The position numbers were made by a program, and so were the translations under genes. From Octopus vulgaris (taxonomy: Eukaryota): a stretch of 64,000 nt of DNA. Under the pieces are notes generated by a model. The model worked only from the letters and a program-made list of their open reading frames with translations, did not search any database and had not been told where the DNA came from. Shown here one piece after another: positions 24,062-37,490 of this stretch; position 1 is the stretch's first letter; each line of letters opens with the position of its first letter. Location: contig OX597815.1 of the NCBI GenBank assembly GCA_951406725.2, positions 185,566,001 through 185,630,000 on the forward strand. Reading direction: 5' to 3'.

Positions 24062-24281
24062 CCCTTTTGTTACCAACCAGGTTGAAACTGGCTCTGGCTC
24101 TAAGTACAAATGTCTTGTTTTCATAAGTTTTGAATTAAAATCTTCCACCAAACCTTAGTCACAATTTATGTTCCTAACACTAGCTGAATGATAACTAAGT
24201 TATTATACTAAATTCTTTGTTATATTTAAAGTAACTGAAAGAAACACAGAGTATTTCAACAGAAATATGGTAACAAAATGG
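24062..24281. mobile_element. piggyBac-type MITE copy abutting a truncated SINE head
   Basis: CCCTTTTGTTACC...GGTAACAAAATGG, with a body matching the 57260 copy. Confidence 0.8.
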
Positions 24282-24456
24282 TAAATACATGTGTTCATTT
24301 CCTCAAGCTAAAGTTGCATTAGTGTTATTACTGGCACCAGACAAATAACTTTCCCATAAATTTTCTCTAGAAGATGGGAAGAATAAGCAATCACCGGAAT
24401 AAATAGCATAAGAGCTTTTATGAGTGCACTCAAAAACATTTCACATAAACAGACTT

Positions 24457-24499
<43 letters not shown>

Positions 24500-26962
24500 T
24501 AACTAATATATTCATTCTTTATTTAAGATAGTATTTAAGATAGTGAAGGAGATTTTGCTGATATTTCTAGCAGGTTGATTGGCCATGTGAAGGTTCTTGT
24601 GCTGATAACACAAAGTGAAAAATGTTTAATGTGTAATTAATTACAGCTGTGTGAAAAGCAGATGAACTCTGAAATGTGATCTTGTGGAATAGATAAAAGG
24701 AAAGGAGATAGAGAAGAGTAAGAAAGATGGAGAATAAAATTAACGAAGGCAGATGATGACCATGATGATTGCACCAAGAAATGATGAAGAGGAGGATCAT
24801 GACGATGGTGATGGTGGTGGTGGTGGTGGTGATCTTGAATGGAATTACAAAGGCGAGAAATACGCTTGTAAAGAAAATCAAAATGAGGGCAGGAACTCTG
24901 ACGGACTGTAATCTGAAAACCATTGACAAAAGCAAAGCAGATGATGCTGATGATAAGGGTGAGAATGTTGATGATGATGATGATGATGGTGACGAATAGA
25001 TTCATTAGCAAAGTGAAAGTGAAAAGCCATAGAATCAATCACTGGTAAGATAAGATATTTCAACTTGATTACCAATCGAAGACGTACATCTAATAGCGGA
25101 AAAACAGCCAGAGGTCAGAGAACTAATGGCTTTTCCTTTGTAGATTTTCAATCTATTTTAGTATTTGAAGTGCTGATTAAAAAAAATAGGGATAGTAAAT
25201 AAAGATGGTCTTATCAATATAAAGTAACTATTAGATGACAGAATTCTTAGTAAAGGAACTCATTTACATTTCAGATAGGAAACTTCTGTGAATTTCGGCA
25301 TGACATATTAGACTAATGGCAGCAATTTTTTTCTTGCAAGAAAATGTCACAAAAATAATTACAACATCAATTTTATTTTTAGAACCCAAGCTCTATGCTA
25401 AAGCTTAACCAGTGGCCTGATGGTTATTGATTATAAACGACACAATAAACAACTGGTCAAAAGTATTCAATGGTTGACCTAAGGTAACTAATATAACCGA
25501 GAAATTAAGAAGTTACATTATAGATTAAAACTTGACAAAGCAGTTGTGTTTTTGTCTCTGAACAAGATTTACATAAAATAATATAAAGCAAGAAATATAC
25601 GCAATTTCTTTATAAGTTTGTAAAATTGATGTTAAAATAGACGTTTGACTGCAGTAGAAATTTTTTCAAATAGAATATGTCCAATTTTCTCAATGTCAGA
25701 AAATCACAGACAGATATAAGTGAAGTTATAGCCAGTAATATTTGTTGCATTATCTGTTTGAATATCAATCCACCTGCGATAACCTAGACTAAAGTGTTCA
25801 TGTTTAAATTAAAACATCAACCAAGTCCTCATTATCATGCAGTTTCTGTTACTCAGAGCAATTTATGATAAATACCAATATAGAAACTTATATGTCTTAC
25901 TAAAACAAGCAATATAGGGACTTCGCTAGAACCGGTGCCCTGAAAAGAAGCACTCAGTATGCTTTGTAAAGTGGTGAATGTTATGAAGGATATCCAACCA
26001 TACCAAAGCAGACAACAGGAGGATGGCACATTTCTTCGACCTATCAGATTCTCTCAAGGTATTCAACCCATGCCAACATGGCAGATGGATGTTAACAAAT
26101 GATGTGGATATAATGAAAGTAGTTATGTATTTTCTCTATGGCACGAAACCTGTTCCAGACCCTGACTTTAACCTCTTATATCCTAGTAAAAGTTGAATCC
26201 ATCTCTACAGTAATTCCACTTTCATCTCCAAAATGTTCATTATGCTAACTATAATTAAGATGTAATCAATCTGTTGATTAGAAATATAATCACAGAAGGG
26301 TTACCTAGAAACAACTTCTATATTTTTTTTTTAAATTTTGATATAGTTTTTTATTATTATTTTTTTTATATTGTCATTATCTTATAAAGCTTATGTGCTG
26401 GTAATTCTACATTGCTGGAATAGGCATTTCCCCTTTCCAAATAACCACTGAGCTTTCAAATATTTGTGAAATTTGTTCTCAACCATCTAACAGATCATAA
26501 ATGGAAAATAAGAACTGAAATATCTTACAACAAAATAGCCATGGTAGATGTGATACCTAAACATAAAATATTTCACTTTCCAACGAATTGCAAGAACTCA
26601 TATCCGAAAACTCAACAGTAATTCACTTCTATATTTATAGGACTAAATACAGAGGGAAAGGTGGTATAGCTAAATTAATTCACTCAATAATTCGGTGAAT
26701 CAACGGTATACAAAATTAATGCTAACAAATACACATCACACAACCCAGAGGGGCAAAAATAAATACTTTAATGAACTCAGTCCAGTATTTTTTTTTTTTT
26801 TTTTATCAGCTACAATATTTGCAAAAATATAAGAAAAATAGAAAAATAAAAGTAAAGTTGATGAAATACCACGATGATAAAATTTTAATATTTTAAGAAT
26901 AAAAATATTTAAATAATATACATTTTCACCAAGAAACAAAATAATATGAAAAAAAAGATTAC

Positions 26963-27017
26963 CTTTCACAGACTTCAGTTGGTCTCCAACCATTTGTTTT
27001 GCAATAAATGCCGCCAT
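26963..27017 (-). CDS. cpx: Complexin (synaphin) first coding exon, MAAFIAKQMVGDQLKSVK + first base of the next codon; phase-1 intron follows
   Basis: The translation closely matches the invertebrate complexin N-terminus as I recall it (Drosophila MAAFIAKQMVGNQLSAVKG). ATG context is ataATGG with an in-frame TAA 15 nt upstream. Similarity ends at the donor AAAG|GTAATC (GT at 26962-26961). No exon for the acidic/central helix (KHRKMEEERE-like) was found in 1-26962, so it probably lies outside the window. Confidence 0.93.
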
Positions 27018-27115
27018 TATTGAAAATTTTTAAATGCTTCTTATCTAGATACAAATTGTTTTTGCTATCTGGATTAATTGTTGTCAGAATGAAAATTTTC
27101 TAAATCTTGACGTAT
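27018..27115 (-). other. cpx: 5'UTR part of the complexin ATG-containing exon
   Basis: The minus strand reads a long T-run then CTGATTGCAG|ATACGTC, a strong polypyrimidine tract and acceptor (AG at 27117-27116). No upstream ATG occurs in the 98 nt. This implies a non-coding exon further upstream (higher coordinate) that I could not locate. Confidence 0.8.
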
Positions 27116-28227
27116 CTGCAATCAGAAAAAAAAAAAAAATTTTTAATTAATTCAAATGATAACATTAGAGATGTATTTCGAAAATAATAAATTTGACATA
27201 TAATGGTCATTAAATTTATTATTGTTGTGTTGGTTATTGTTTTTTTGTTTTTTTCTTTATATAAAAATATTACGAATTTTTAGCACTGAAGTAAAACGAC
27301 ACAAACATAATATCAGAATGTCTGAAAATGACTGAATGATGATAATACAAAACAGGCCGAACCAAACTAAGATAACTTACAAGTGTTTCGATGTACAATG
27401 ATAAAAATTTCACCGAGAAAAGGAAGGAACCTCTTAAACTTCCTCAATGAAAAGACACATAAATGGAAACCACAAGAATGTGAATATTAAAAATGAGAAA
27501 AACATTTCAAAATGCAATAAGCAAATTACAATGGATAATTAAAAAAAAATAAATGCAAAACCAAAATCAGACATATTGACAATATTCTAGAATCAATCTA
27601 AGTAAACAAAACATACAATTAGTTAAGTATCAATTATGTAGACTCTGAAACTGTCATAAAGCTGGAGGTTACTAAAACTGTTGTGGAGCAGTCTTTATTT
27701 GCTTGCCATCTGTTATTCATGAATTATGGAATTGTTTACCATACCATCTGTTTTATGTTGCATCCATCAATCACAAGATTTAATTTTCAGCAGTGACCTT
27801 CTCTGTATTCTTTGGCCATTGTTAATTATCATACAAATCACAGTATTTTCTTGTGGAGTTAAATTTAGACCACAGATTGTTTTCAAACACTTTTGACTTA
27901 ACTGTATAATATTTTGTATCGATTACTCTTATGAGTGCCACAGATAAGAATGGCATAACTAAATAATACTTTTAATGAGGCAGTGAGAGAGCCTCTGTGT
28001 GGTTCTTCAACAAGCTAGACAAAGCAGCCAAATTTCCATCAAAGTGTACCAGATTGTGGTAAACAGAGAAAATTACACATTGTACAATGCAGCCATCATA
28101 TACAGAATTAACACAAGAATGCCTTTTATCCTGTCTTGTTTGGTCAGGACTGACTTCAGGTTGAGTAACAATTCTTCTAACTTATTTGTCTTGGTAAAAG
28201 ACATCATTTTCACAATCTCATTTGGTC

Positions 28228-28570
28228 TCATCATCATCTTCATCATCATCGTTTAGCATCCGCTTTCCATGCTAGCATGGGTTGCGCGGTTCAACTGGGG
28301 TCTGGGAAGCCAAAAGGCTGCACCAGGCCCAGTCTGATCTGGCAATGTTTCTACGGCTGGATGCCCTTCCTAACGCCAACCACTCCATGAGTGTAGTGGG
28401 TGCTTTTTACGTGCCACCGGCACAGGTGCCAGACAGGGCTGGCAAACAGCCATGATCGAATGGTGCTTTTTATGTGCCACCGGCACGGAGGCCAGGCGAG
28501 GCTCACAATGGCCATGATCAGATGGTGCTTTTACGTGCCACAAGCACGGAGGCCAGGTGCGGCTGGCACA
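28228..28570 (-). mobile_element. Family C retroposon, young copy
   Basis: Colinear with the 3003 copy, including the tandem units. Confidence 0.85.
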
Positions 28571-28759
28571 TTAATATAATCTTAAAGACTGCATCAACAT
28601 AAGAAGGTATATTGTTACTCTATGATAAATAATTGCCATTATTTGACTACAGCTTAACAGACCTGTGAATTTGATACACAATTGACAATCAGGGCACTAA
28701 TCAATTCTAGTAGTAAATGACTATTTTTTTAAATCTCACAACATGAGATATTCAGCAAC

Positions 28760-29102
28760 AGTAATTTGTAGTAAAGATTGTTTGCCAACATAATATGGCA
28801 GTCCTGGTTTAGGACGAATGTTGCTGTAATTAGCCCCGGGAGACATCATCTCCAGCTAGCTATATGACACAATCTGTGTCCTTATATTTTAGAACAAGGG
28901 AAATAACCCAGAAATCACAATACATAGATGTCGTTTTGAGCTGAGTGGGGGTGCTAGATTCCCTTGTTCGAAAATATAAGGACACAGATCGTGTCGTATA
29001 GCAAGCTGGAGACGATGTCTCCTGGGGCTAAATTACAGCAACATTCGTCCTAAAACAGGACTGCCATGTTATGTAGGCAAACAATCTTTACTACAAAGTA
29101 CT
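28760..29102. mobile_element. Foldback MITE-like element with ~130-bp inverted arms
   Basis: tttgtagtaaagattgtttgcc...gaacaagggaa (28765-28892) is mirrored by ttcccttgttc...ggcaaacaatctttactacaaa (28959-29097). Confidence 0.85.
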
Positions 29103-31982
29103 AGTAGTATTGTATACAAAATACCAGAACTATACATGTACACACACACAATTAAACAGCTGCCATGTGTATCCCAGTTTTAGGACAGGTGTTTCATGAG
29201 AGGTGGCTATAAGGCTCGGCAAAATGATGAGTGTCTAGCTGTAAAGCATTGCCTCAGAAACTGCATAAGAATACAATGCTTTCATTTTAGATTCTAGATA
29301 TATGGAAAAGCAAAGAGAAAGCAATGATGATGGAGAGACTGTAAATGACAACAATGATGATGGTGAGGATAACAAGCATAAGGATGGTGAGAATCCTGAT
29401 CATGATACAAGCTATTAATCTAGTGTTGTGAAAAAAACATTTTCTACCCACCTCAACCACATGAAGCTGAAGCTTGTAATGTTAAAAATAATTGGACGAT
29501 ATGGTCTTAGATTAATAAGAAAAGATGGATTCATCAAAGCTGGAATGTATTTGATCACAGGTCTAATAAATAAGTACTGACCTGAATGGCATGGGGTGGG
29601 GTGGGGGCTACAGTAGTAGTAGTAGTAGTAGTAGTAGGTAGTTTAACTCCAGATTGTCATGATTTTAATATACTACTACTCAAAAATAATGATTTGATGC
29701 TATTATAGCTGTAATGAAGATGGGGGAAAGAAGAGAAATTGCTATGATGGTCATCAAGGAAACAATACAAAAGGATAAGAAGTAGTAAGAATCTCTAAGG
29801 AGAGTTGAATGGAGGAAGGTCATCAGAGAAGCCTCATCTCTTGCAAGTGTTTCAGTCCTTAAAACGGAAACAAAAGAATATTTGACTTCACAAAATTGTT
29901 TTTTGTATAAAACCCACAGTAAGTAATGTTCTATGACAAATTTCATTTTAGTCTTTTGCTATACAAACGCAAATAGTCTTGGTTGGTAACACAAGTTAAA
30001 TTCCATGTCAACGTCCAGATGCTTGTATTTGCTGAAAATTTCAGATATGGAATTAAGTAGTGTCATGGAATTCTTTGTTCTACATCACACTATTTAATTC
30101 CAGATCTGAAATTTTCAGCAAATGCAAGCATATGAACAAATTTCTTTTAGTGAGCTAAAGGACACTACCCTCTCTAGATTCAGCACTTGATTCACAGACT
30201 TTGGATCCCTCACCACTGAATTATTCTACAACATCTAGTTTCATTATGTTTTTTACAGTGAAAGGAGATGTAACTCTAATTTCTTTCTTTTCTTTTCTTT
30301 TTCCATTTTTATTTACCCTTTGTCTTCTCATTCCCCCTTTCCATTTTTTTCCTCATGACTTCTCATTAATCAGCATCCTGAATTTCATATATACGAAGCC
30401 ATGTGCTCAGAGCACGGAGATTGCTTGGAGACAGAAAGCATGTTAGAAAATCGTGCCTAACCACATGTTTTAAGGCAAGAAACTATTGGTAACTCTTATT
30501 TTAATAGTGTATGTTAAATGATACATATATGATGAAACACCATGAAGATATAATTCAAATATTTTTGGAATAAAATAATACGCATTTTCACTGAGCTTTA
30601 CATTCTGATGTCAAATTCCACCAAGGTCAAAGTTAAGCAAATCTGAGATGATCAGGTTAGTTGATTCCATCAACCATAGTATTTTGATTAGAACTTTATT
30701 GACCTTGAAAGGATAAAAGGTAAAGTTGACCTCAGTGAGAATAGAACTCAGAAGGTACAGAACTAAAACAAATACTGGATTGCAATTTTTCCAACAGTAT
30801 TTTCCTGGATTTTATGTTGGAAAATTATATATAAATTCTTAGGAAATAAGATATTTACATAGTCAACTGGTTTTGCTTATGCTAATCATGACCAAGTAGC
30901 TAGTGATAATGTTATAATTTCATGCTATCATAAGACTTTATTTCATATTAGTAGGAGGAAGGAAGGATATATATATATATATGTATATATAGATAGATAG
31001 ATAGAGACATAGACATATTCAAACAAAAAGTTAAATTCTGGTCATAGAGTGACTAATGGTTTTTTTATCCATGAAAGCTAAAACTACAGCCTTATGGACA
31101 GCTCATCAGACTCTGTACAAAGACAAATTAAACTTTCTACTTCATGGACAAGAGGAAACACTAGAACAATGAGGTTCAACAGTTGACCTATAAAAACATT
31201 ATTGAGGATGGGTTAAAAAGAACCTATGATTAAAAAAAAAGTGATTGTTTTCTAATCTTTTTTCTCTATGCTGCATAGCTTGGATGTTTTCTTAATTAGT
31301 AATTTCCAAAACTACCCTTAACTAATTCAAAGCAAACCTTCAGTATATTAATAATCTCTTTCTTATACCTTTATCCTTCAAGTTAATGAATAATGAAACG
31401 TAAAGTAATAGAAACACATATGAACTCGTAACTTTGGTGACAGTTGAAAAATACTTTTTAGCTGTTTAAATAGTTTAAATAATTTATCATGAATTGTTGT
31501 GCTTGTTCAAAGGTAAGTGAACAGAAAGTCACTTCTCAAAAGCAAGGAAATCATTTTTCTTAGCCCGCACAAATAACATTAGCCAAGAAACTGTTTGAGG
31601 AAACCAAATTACAAGTTTGATGTAATAACTGTTTATGTAATTATTCATTTAGTTGGAAGTCATGTAATTTCAAACTTTACAAGCTTCTTTAATAATGTTG
31701 TCACTCAAGCTAAAGTTACACAATATTTACGAACAAGCAAAGCCTGTAAATAATAATGATTGTCAAGTCCGTACTACAATAATGATTTCATTTAACAAGA
31801 AGAAACAAGACAAGTTTATGAATGAAATGCAGCAGAATCAGAGTAATTAATACCAGGACAACTATGGCAATAATTGTCAATGTTTTCTCTTCTTGAAATC
31901 AAAGTACACAACTTGGCTTTCTTCAGTTTTCATTAAATAAAAATTTTTCTTTAACAATTTTATTTAGTTGTGAATGCACCTG

Positions 31983-32023
<41 letters not shown>

Positions 32024-32025
<2 letters not shown>

Positions 32026-32455
32026 CACAGATTTGTTTGTCAGTTGTTTGACCATAACTAGTTGACCATGTCCCTTAGTGGCTGACGATATGTGCATCTC
32101 TAATCACAAGCAGAACTAGTGGGGGAGCATCATAGCTATGTGTTGAGAGGGATTTTTTGGGGGTTGAATAATTCACCTCTGGAAACATGGGTGTTTCGTT
32201 CAACATCCTTAAACAACCCTTATTCAGGGACCTTTTAGTAGGATCGGTTACTCGACCAGAAGAAAATTCTAACTGGGCCCCACCTGCAAGGTCATGTGCT
32301 GTTTATCTTGATTTGAGATCACCAGGTCATGCATATATGGTTGCAATGCATGTGCCTGATGTTCCCTTATCAGATGGGTAGTCATGTTAGGTATACTGGG
32401 CTTCGTATATTTTACCCCAGTGTTACATTGATGGCATGCGTTGCTCTCTCACTAT
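32024..32455 (-). mobile_element. Probable retroposon fragment of another family
   Basis: A relatively GC-rich block abutting a long (TAA)n run that looks like a tail. It is single copy in this window and the family is not recognised. Confidence 0.4.
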
Positions 32456-33277
32456 AATAATGATATTTGAAATAATCCATATTTGACATCATATGTGTAC
32501 AGTTGTATGCTTGTGCATTCAGAAGTCTGTGGTTACATTTAGAAGAACAACTATTGGGAAGCAGACATACGTTATACAATGCACATGACTGGAATTGATT
32601 ATATTCTCATAGATAGATTTAGTAAAATATTTCTAGACCCAGATATAAACAAACAAGAACTTTGAAACAATTTTACTTCCTGGCTGGTTGTTGCATGAAC
32701 CTGCTAATATTTTTTTTTTCTTTTTAGTAATTCTCAAATTCTGATAAGATAAAGAAATGTTTCACCATTATTATTTCCATTTTCTTTGAAGACAATGCAT
32801 TAAACAACAAAACCATATGTATTTTGCCATTTCAAATGTTTGACATTACTATTCAAAAGAATTTATGTATTCTCATGTTAAGATATGAATACAGTTCTTC
32901 AGAAGAATGGATAATGGATGTATTATATTACAATCACTAAATTTAGCCTACTTTGATAAAAAAGAAAATACCTACTGAGAATACAGAGGGTTAAAGTACT
33001 AAAGTTTTTGAAATACAAACTGAAAAAGGTAAAAAATCTGTAAAACGAGCTATATGTTGATAAGTATAATATCAATAAGTAAAGCAACACCTAATATTTA
33101 TATACAAGTTAGAGAGGAAGAATTCAACATTGTATTTACCAACCAACACCATAAAGAAATCAGCATTATGTTTACTAATATTAAGAACTGAACAGCCAAA
33201 AGTTACAAAAAATACTAAATGCAGCTACAATAAATATTAGGCATCATAGTCACCCAAATATACAAATAGATTCAAAG

Positions 33278-33425
33278 ATTATTTACATTATTTACATTTG
33301 ACAGATATTTGTCCTCATCTTGTTTGTTGTTAACATAACGTTTCGGCTGATATACCCTCCAGCCTTCATCAGGTGTCTTAAGGAAATTTCGAAACTGGGT
33401 TCTCATTCCTAAGGTATTTTTAGAT
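33278..33425 (-). mobile_element. Dispersed copy of family D Penelope-like repeat with hammerhead motif at 33332-33377
   Basis: The reverse complement reads GACAC-CTGATGA-A-GGCTG(gagggtatat)CAGCC-GAAAC-GTT-ATGTT, with the same flanks as the 18-kb array. A (TTA)n run is adjacent. Confidence 0.75.
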
Positions 33426-33436
33426 GTTATTATTAC

Positions 33437-33492
<56 letters not shown>

Positions 33493-33504
33493 TCACTGCT
33501 TGGA

Positions 33505-33760
33505 ATCGAACTTGGAACTGCTAAGTATTTCGCCCAGCGTGCTAATGTTTCTGCTATCTCACCACCATTAATCAAATATATATTTTTTTCTACTCCTAGG
33601 TACAAAGCCCAAAATTTTTGGAGAGGTGGGGGGGGGCAATCGATTAGATTGACCCCAGTACACAACTGGTACTTAATTTATCGACCGCAAAAGGATGAAA
33701 GGCAAAGTTGACCTCGGTGGAATTTGAACTCAGAACGTAAAGACAGATGAAATACTACTA
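33505..33760 (-). mobile_element. Family B SINE pieces
   Basis: A head fragment at 33515-33570 and a body at 33585-33760. Confidence 0.75.
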
Positions 33761-34795
33761 ACTCATTGTTGCATACCGTATTATTTTCCCTACCATTCAT
33801 AACTGTGACCACTGCTGATCGTCAGTGATAGAAGTGAAGGCAAGGCTGTATTGTGTTATTAGTGCTCTTATTGTAACTAAACTGACAGGAATTCCTAAAC
33901 TAAACACTGCTTAGAGCAGTGTGATATTCTAACAAACAGGAGGCTACTAAGGAAGAATCCAAGCAATAAACAAACTGTTCTGGAAATCAGTGATAATATT
34001 ATGAACCCTCATTATCAGAAGCACATTTTTGATCTAATTAAAGATTTAATTAATTGTAGTTCTCACAAATTGGACTAAAAATGGGGGTGAAATGAATGAC
34101 ATAGAAAAAATAAAAAATAGGCAGATTACATAAACTACAAAAAAATGGAAAGTGAATAATGGATTAAAAGAGATTAAAACAATGGAAGGGAATAAAAGAA
34201 TGCACAAAGTCACAAAAGTGTGGAACAAAGAATTTAAGAATAACCAAGAAGAGAAAATTCTGAGACAAAATAACAATGTAAAAACGACAAGAAAAAACAC
34301 AAAAAGAATTATAAAAGCAAAATAAAACAAAACCAGATCCATTTTTTAAAATTCAAATGTGCATGCACAGAAACTTTTAAACCTTTGCTAGTTTCCAAAA
34401 ATACAATGGTAGAACACTGCTATAAAATTGACGAACTTATTTACGAGCTCTAAACTTAATTATCTAGGCAGTCACCACATGAGTAAAGATATCGCTGGCT
34501 TCACAATGTAATATCACCAATTTCTCTTTTTTTGCATCAAACTCTGTTAGTTTATGGGGTTCCTGGCAGTTTCTCTTTTTTTCATTTCTCAGTTTTTCTT
34601 TTCTTTACTTTCTTTCTTAGCAGATAAGAAAAAACAAAGAATTTATCGGAGTTATGCCAATATGATACTTTATTACCATTTCTTAGCCAAGAAACACATA
34701 CATGTGCACAGCCAGCTTCTATATATAATTCTTCATAATTCCAAGTAAGGAACTTATCTAACTCAGACAAATGTCTTGGCATGAAACTTTAGATC

Positions 34796-35451
34796 AGTGG
34801 CTCTCATCTGCGGAATCTTATGACCCTGGGATGTTCATATAAGGTTTTTTTGGTAAAATTATGTGAACTAGATTGGTTATTCTTCCACAATACTCTTTAC
34901 TCTTTTACTTGTTTCAGTCATTTGACTGCGGCCATGCTGGAGCACTGCGTTTAGTCGAGCAAATAGACCCCAGGACTTATTCTTTGTAAGCCTAGTACTT
35001 ATTCTATCGGTCTCTTTTGCTGAACTGCGAAGTTATGGGGACGTAAACACACCAGCATCGATTGTCAAGCGATGTTGGAGGAACAAACACAGACACACAA
35101 ACACACACATATATATATATACATACATATATACGACAGGCTTCTTTCAGTTTCCATCTACCAAATCCACTCACAAGGCTTTGGTCAGCCCGAGGCAATA
35201 GTAGAAGACACTTGCCCAAGGTGCCATACAGTGAGACTGAACCCGGAACAATGTGGTTGGTAAGCAAGCTATTTACCACTCAACCACTCCTGCGCCTAAT
35301 ATTTTAATAATGTTTTAAATACAATTCCTAATAATATTTAATAATAACAATATAATAGGATCTTTTTAAACATTGAATGGCTATGTGGTGGTTTACCCAA
35401 ATAAAACCAAAATCAAAAGAGTTCATAGGTAAAAAATGGTTGAGAATTACT
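34796..35451. mobile_element. Old hAT-like MITE interrupted by a family A SINE
   Basis: The ends are CAGTGGCTCTCA and TGGTTGAGAATTACT (CAGTGGTTCTCAA-type TIR). The SINE occupies 34892-35297. Confidence 0.5.
34892..35297 (-). mobile_element. Family A SINE
   Basis: Colinear with 7971-8384. Confidence 0.9.
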
Positions 35452-37490
35452 TCACTAGAGTACTATAATAATATCACTTTACATAGGTTTCAAATCCCAG
35501 CTTCCAACTTATTTGTGCAAAAGATATCAGCTCATTGCTATCCTCCATTTTTTCCTGACAAAGAGATTTTAAACCCAAAATATTCTCATATAAAGTAAAA
35601 GTGTAAATTGTTGTTCTGTTTTCCTTTATATTGAACTTCCTTAGTATTGGCTTTTTAAAAATAAGTTTAATAATTCTGTCCCCCGATGCTTAATTCACAC
35701 TATGCTACCTTAATACACTATTGTACAGAAGACTCCTCCTCATGATTTACACATGGAGCATGGACTAGGGATCTATAAAAAGCATCAAACCATTATATGA
35801 TTGATCCACACAAATCTAATATAAATCCACAGAACACCGCATATCATGGCAATGAAGAAAGAGAACCAAACATTACAACAGAAGACCAAACATTTCTCTT
35901 TGTTATATGAATTCTATAATAACATTTGCTTTACAGAAAGATTGTGGCAGGGTTAAATTTAAATGGTAGCCTTCTTCATTTATTTCTCAAATTATTCAGG
36001 AGAAAAAAATTAACTTTTTTTATTCAACAATATTTTTATGTATATTTTTTTATCCAGTCAATCAAATAAAAAGGTTTCAAAGCAACAAAATAGTTCTTAA
36101 ATTAAAAATCTTCTACTTCCACCAAAGACTGGGGAGCTTTTTTCCTATTCAGGTTTCATATTCTGTATCAGTTATCAATATTTGTCTGTGAAAGACTGTT
36201 TTCTTAAAGAAGGAAACAAATGTTGGATTTGTTTGTTTTAACTTGATTCCCTTTGGAAGAAAATTGCATTGCCTGGCTTTTCATTAATTCCCAAAACATG
36301 CCAATTAAATTTGCACCAAAATTTTATCAAGATTATTCATGGAGTTGTGTTGTTTTGTTATCTAGGTTTCACATATTTGGTTTAGCAAAATAAAAAACAA
36401 AATTAGACAAGAAAAAAACGTAGTTCTGTGAACTATAACAAACGTATTTTTCTTAAAGAATGTAATAAATACATTTATTTATTTATTTATTTACTCAGTT
36501 GTTGTTTACATTATGCTTCTCATTGCTGTTGTTGTTAAGGTGATGCTACTGTTGTTGTTAGTGGTGTTGTTGTTATCAGTTCCTTTTGATAGCGTTACTG
36601 ACAATTATTCTGGTGAGAATAATAAATGGGGATATCAATATGAGCTATTGTTTTGGTTTTGCTTGACAGAAAACAATCAGTTTTGTGTTTGTTATAGAAT
36701 AAAAGATGAAAAAAAAAATTTCTTCCAAGACAATGGAAAAATATACAAAGAATGAGATAGCAAGATACAAAAAAAAAAATAGGTCTTTACCATCTTTGTT
36801 TTTATGTTTTGAATCACAAATATAAAAAGAAATATTAATTTAAAATAAAATGATGAAAGAAATAAATGGAAAGAAAGAAGGTTTTCAAAGAAGACAATAC
36901 TTTTGCTTCAGATTCTGGCCACAAACTATATCATTAAACCCCTTTTTCCTTTATCCTCTTTCTTCTCCCATAAAATGGAATTAATCAGCTTGTCTTTCTT
37001 AAACATTATTGATTGTAGAAAAAAAAAATAAAGATAACAATACTAATAGTATGGACAGAAAGATTTCTAACAAAATAATTTTAAGACTAATAAACTAAAG
37101 AGGAATAAAAGTAAGATAAAGTTTAAAAGTTTTAAAGATGGTGAAAGAACTGAATAATGTTAAGATATCAATGGAAAAAATCTTTTGTAAAATGTTTACA
37201 AGAAATTACAAAGAAAAAATATAACACCAAGAAATAACTTTCTTCTTTTGAAATTGTAGATAAACGATAGAGATACATGATTACCAAAGTGTGAATTCCA
37301 AATCAGATTTGTTTTCTTTTAATAATCAAGATTTCTACTATTTTAACTCACACTTCAACCAAGATGGTGGGATTGTTAAAATCATAAGTATACCAGACGA
37401 AATGCCTACAGTATATGGTTGTGACACTTTATGTTCTATGTTCCAATCCCAAGAAGGTCAACTTCATTTTCATCTTTGGTCAATAAAATA

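Noticed and set aside
24567-25075. Acidic or poly-His ORFs near the complexin exon, considered as a possible second exon
   Set aside because: They derive from (GAT)/(GGT) triplet runs. The acidic reading is on the wrong strand and there is no KHRKMEEERE-like motif.
26736-26962. Remainder of the 93-aa ORF after ...KSVKG
   Set aside because: It reads through the GT donor into AT-rich intron; complexin similarity stops at the splice site.
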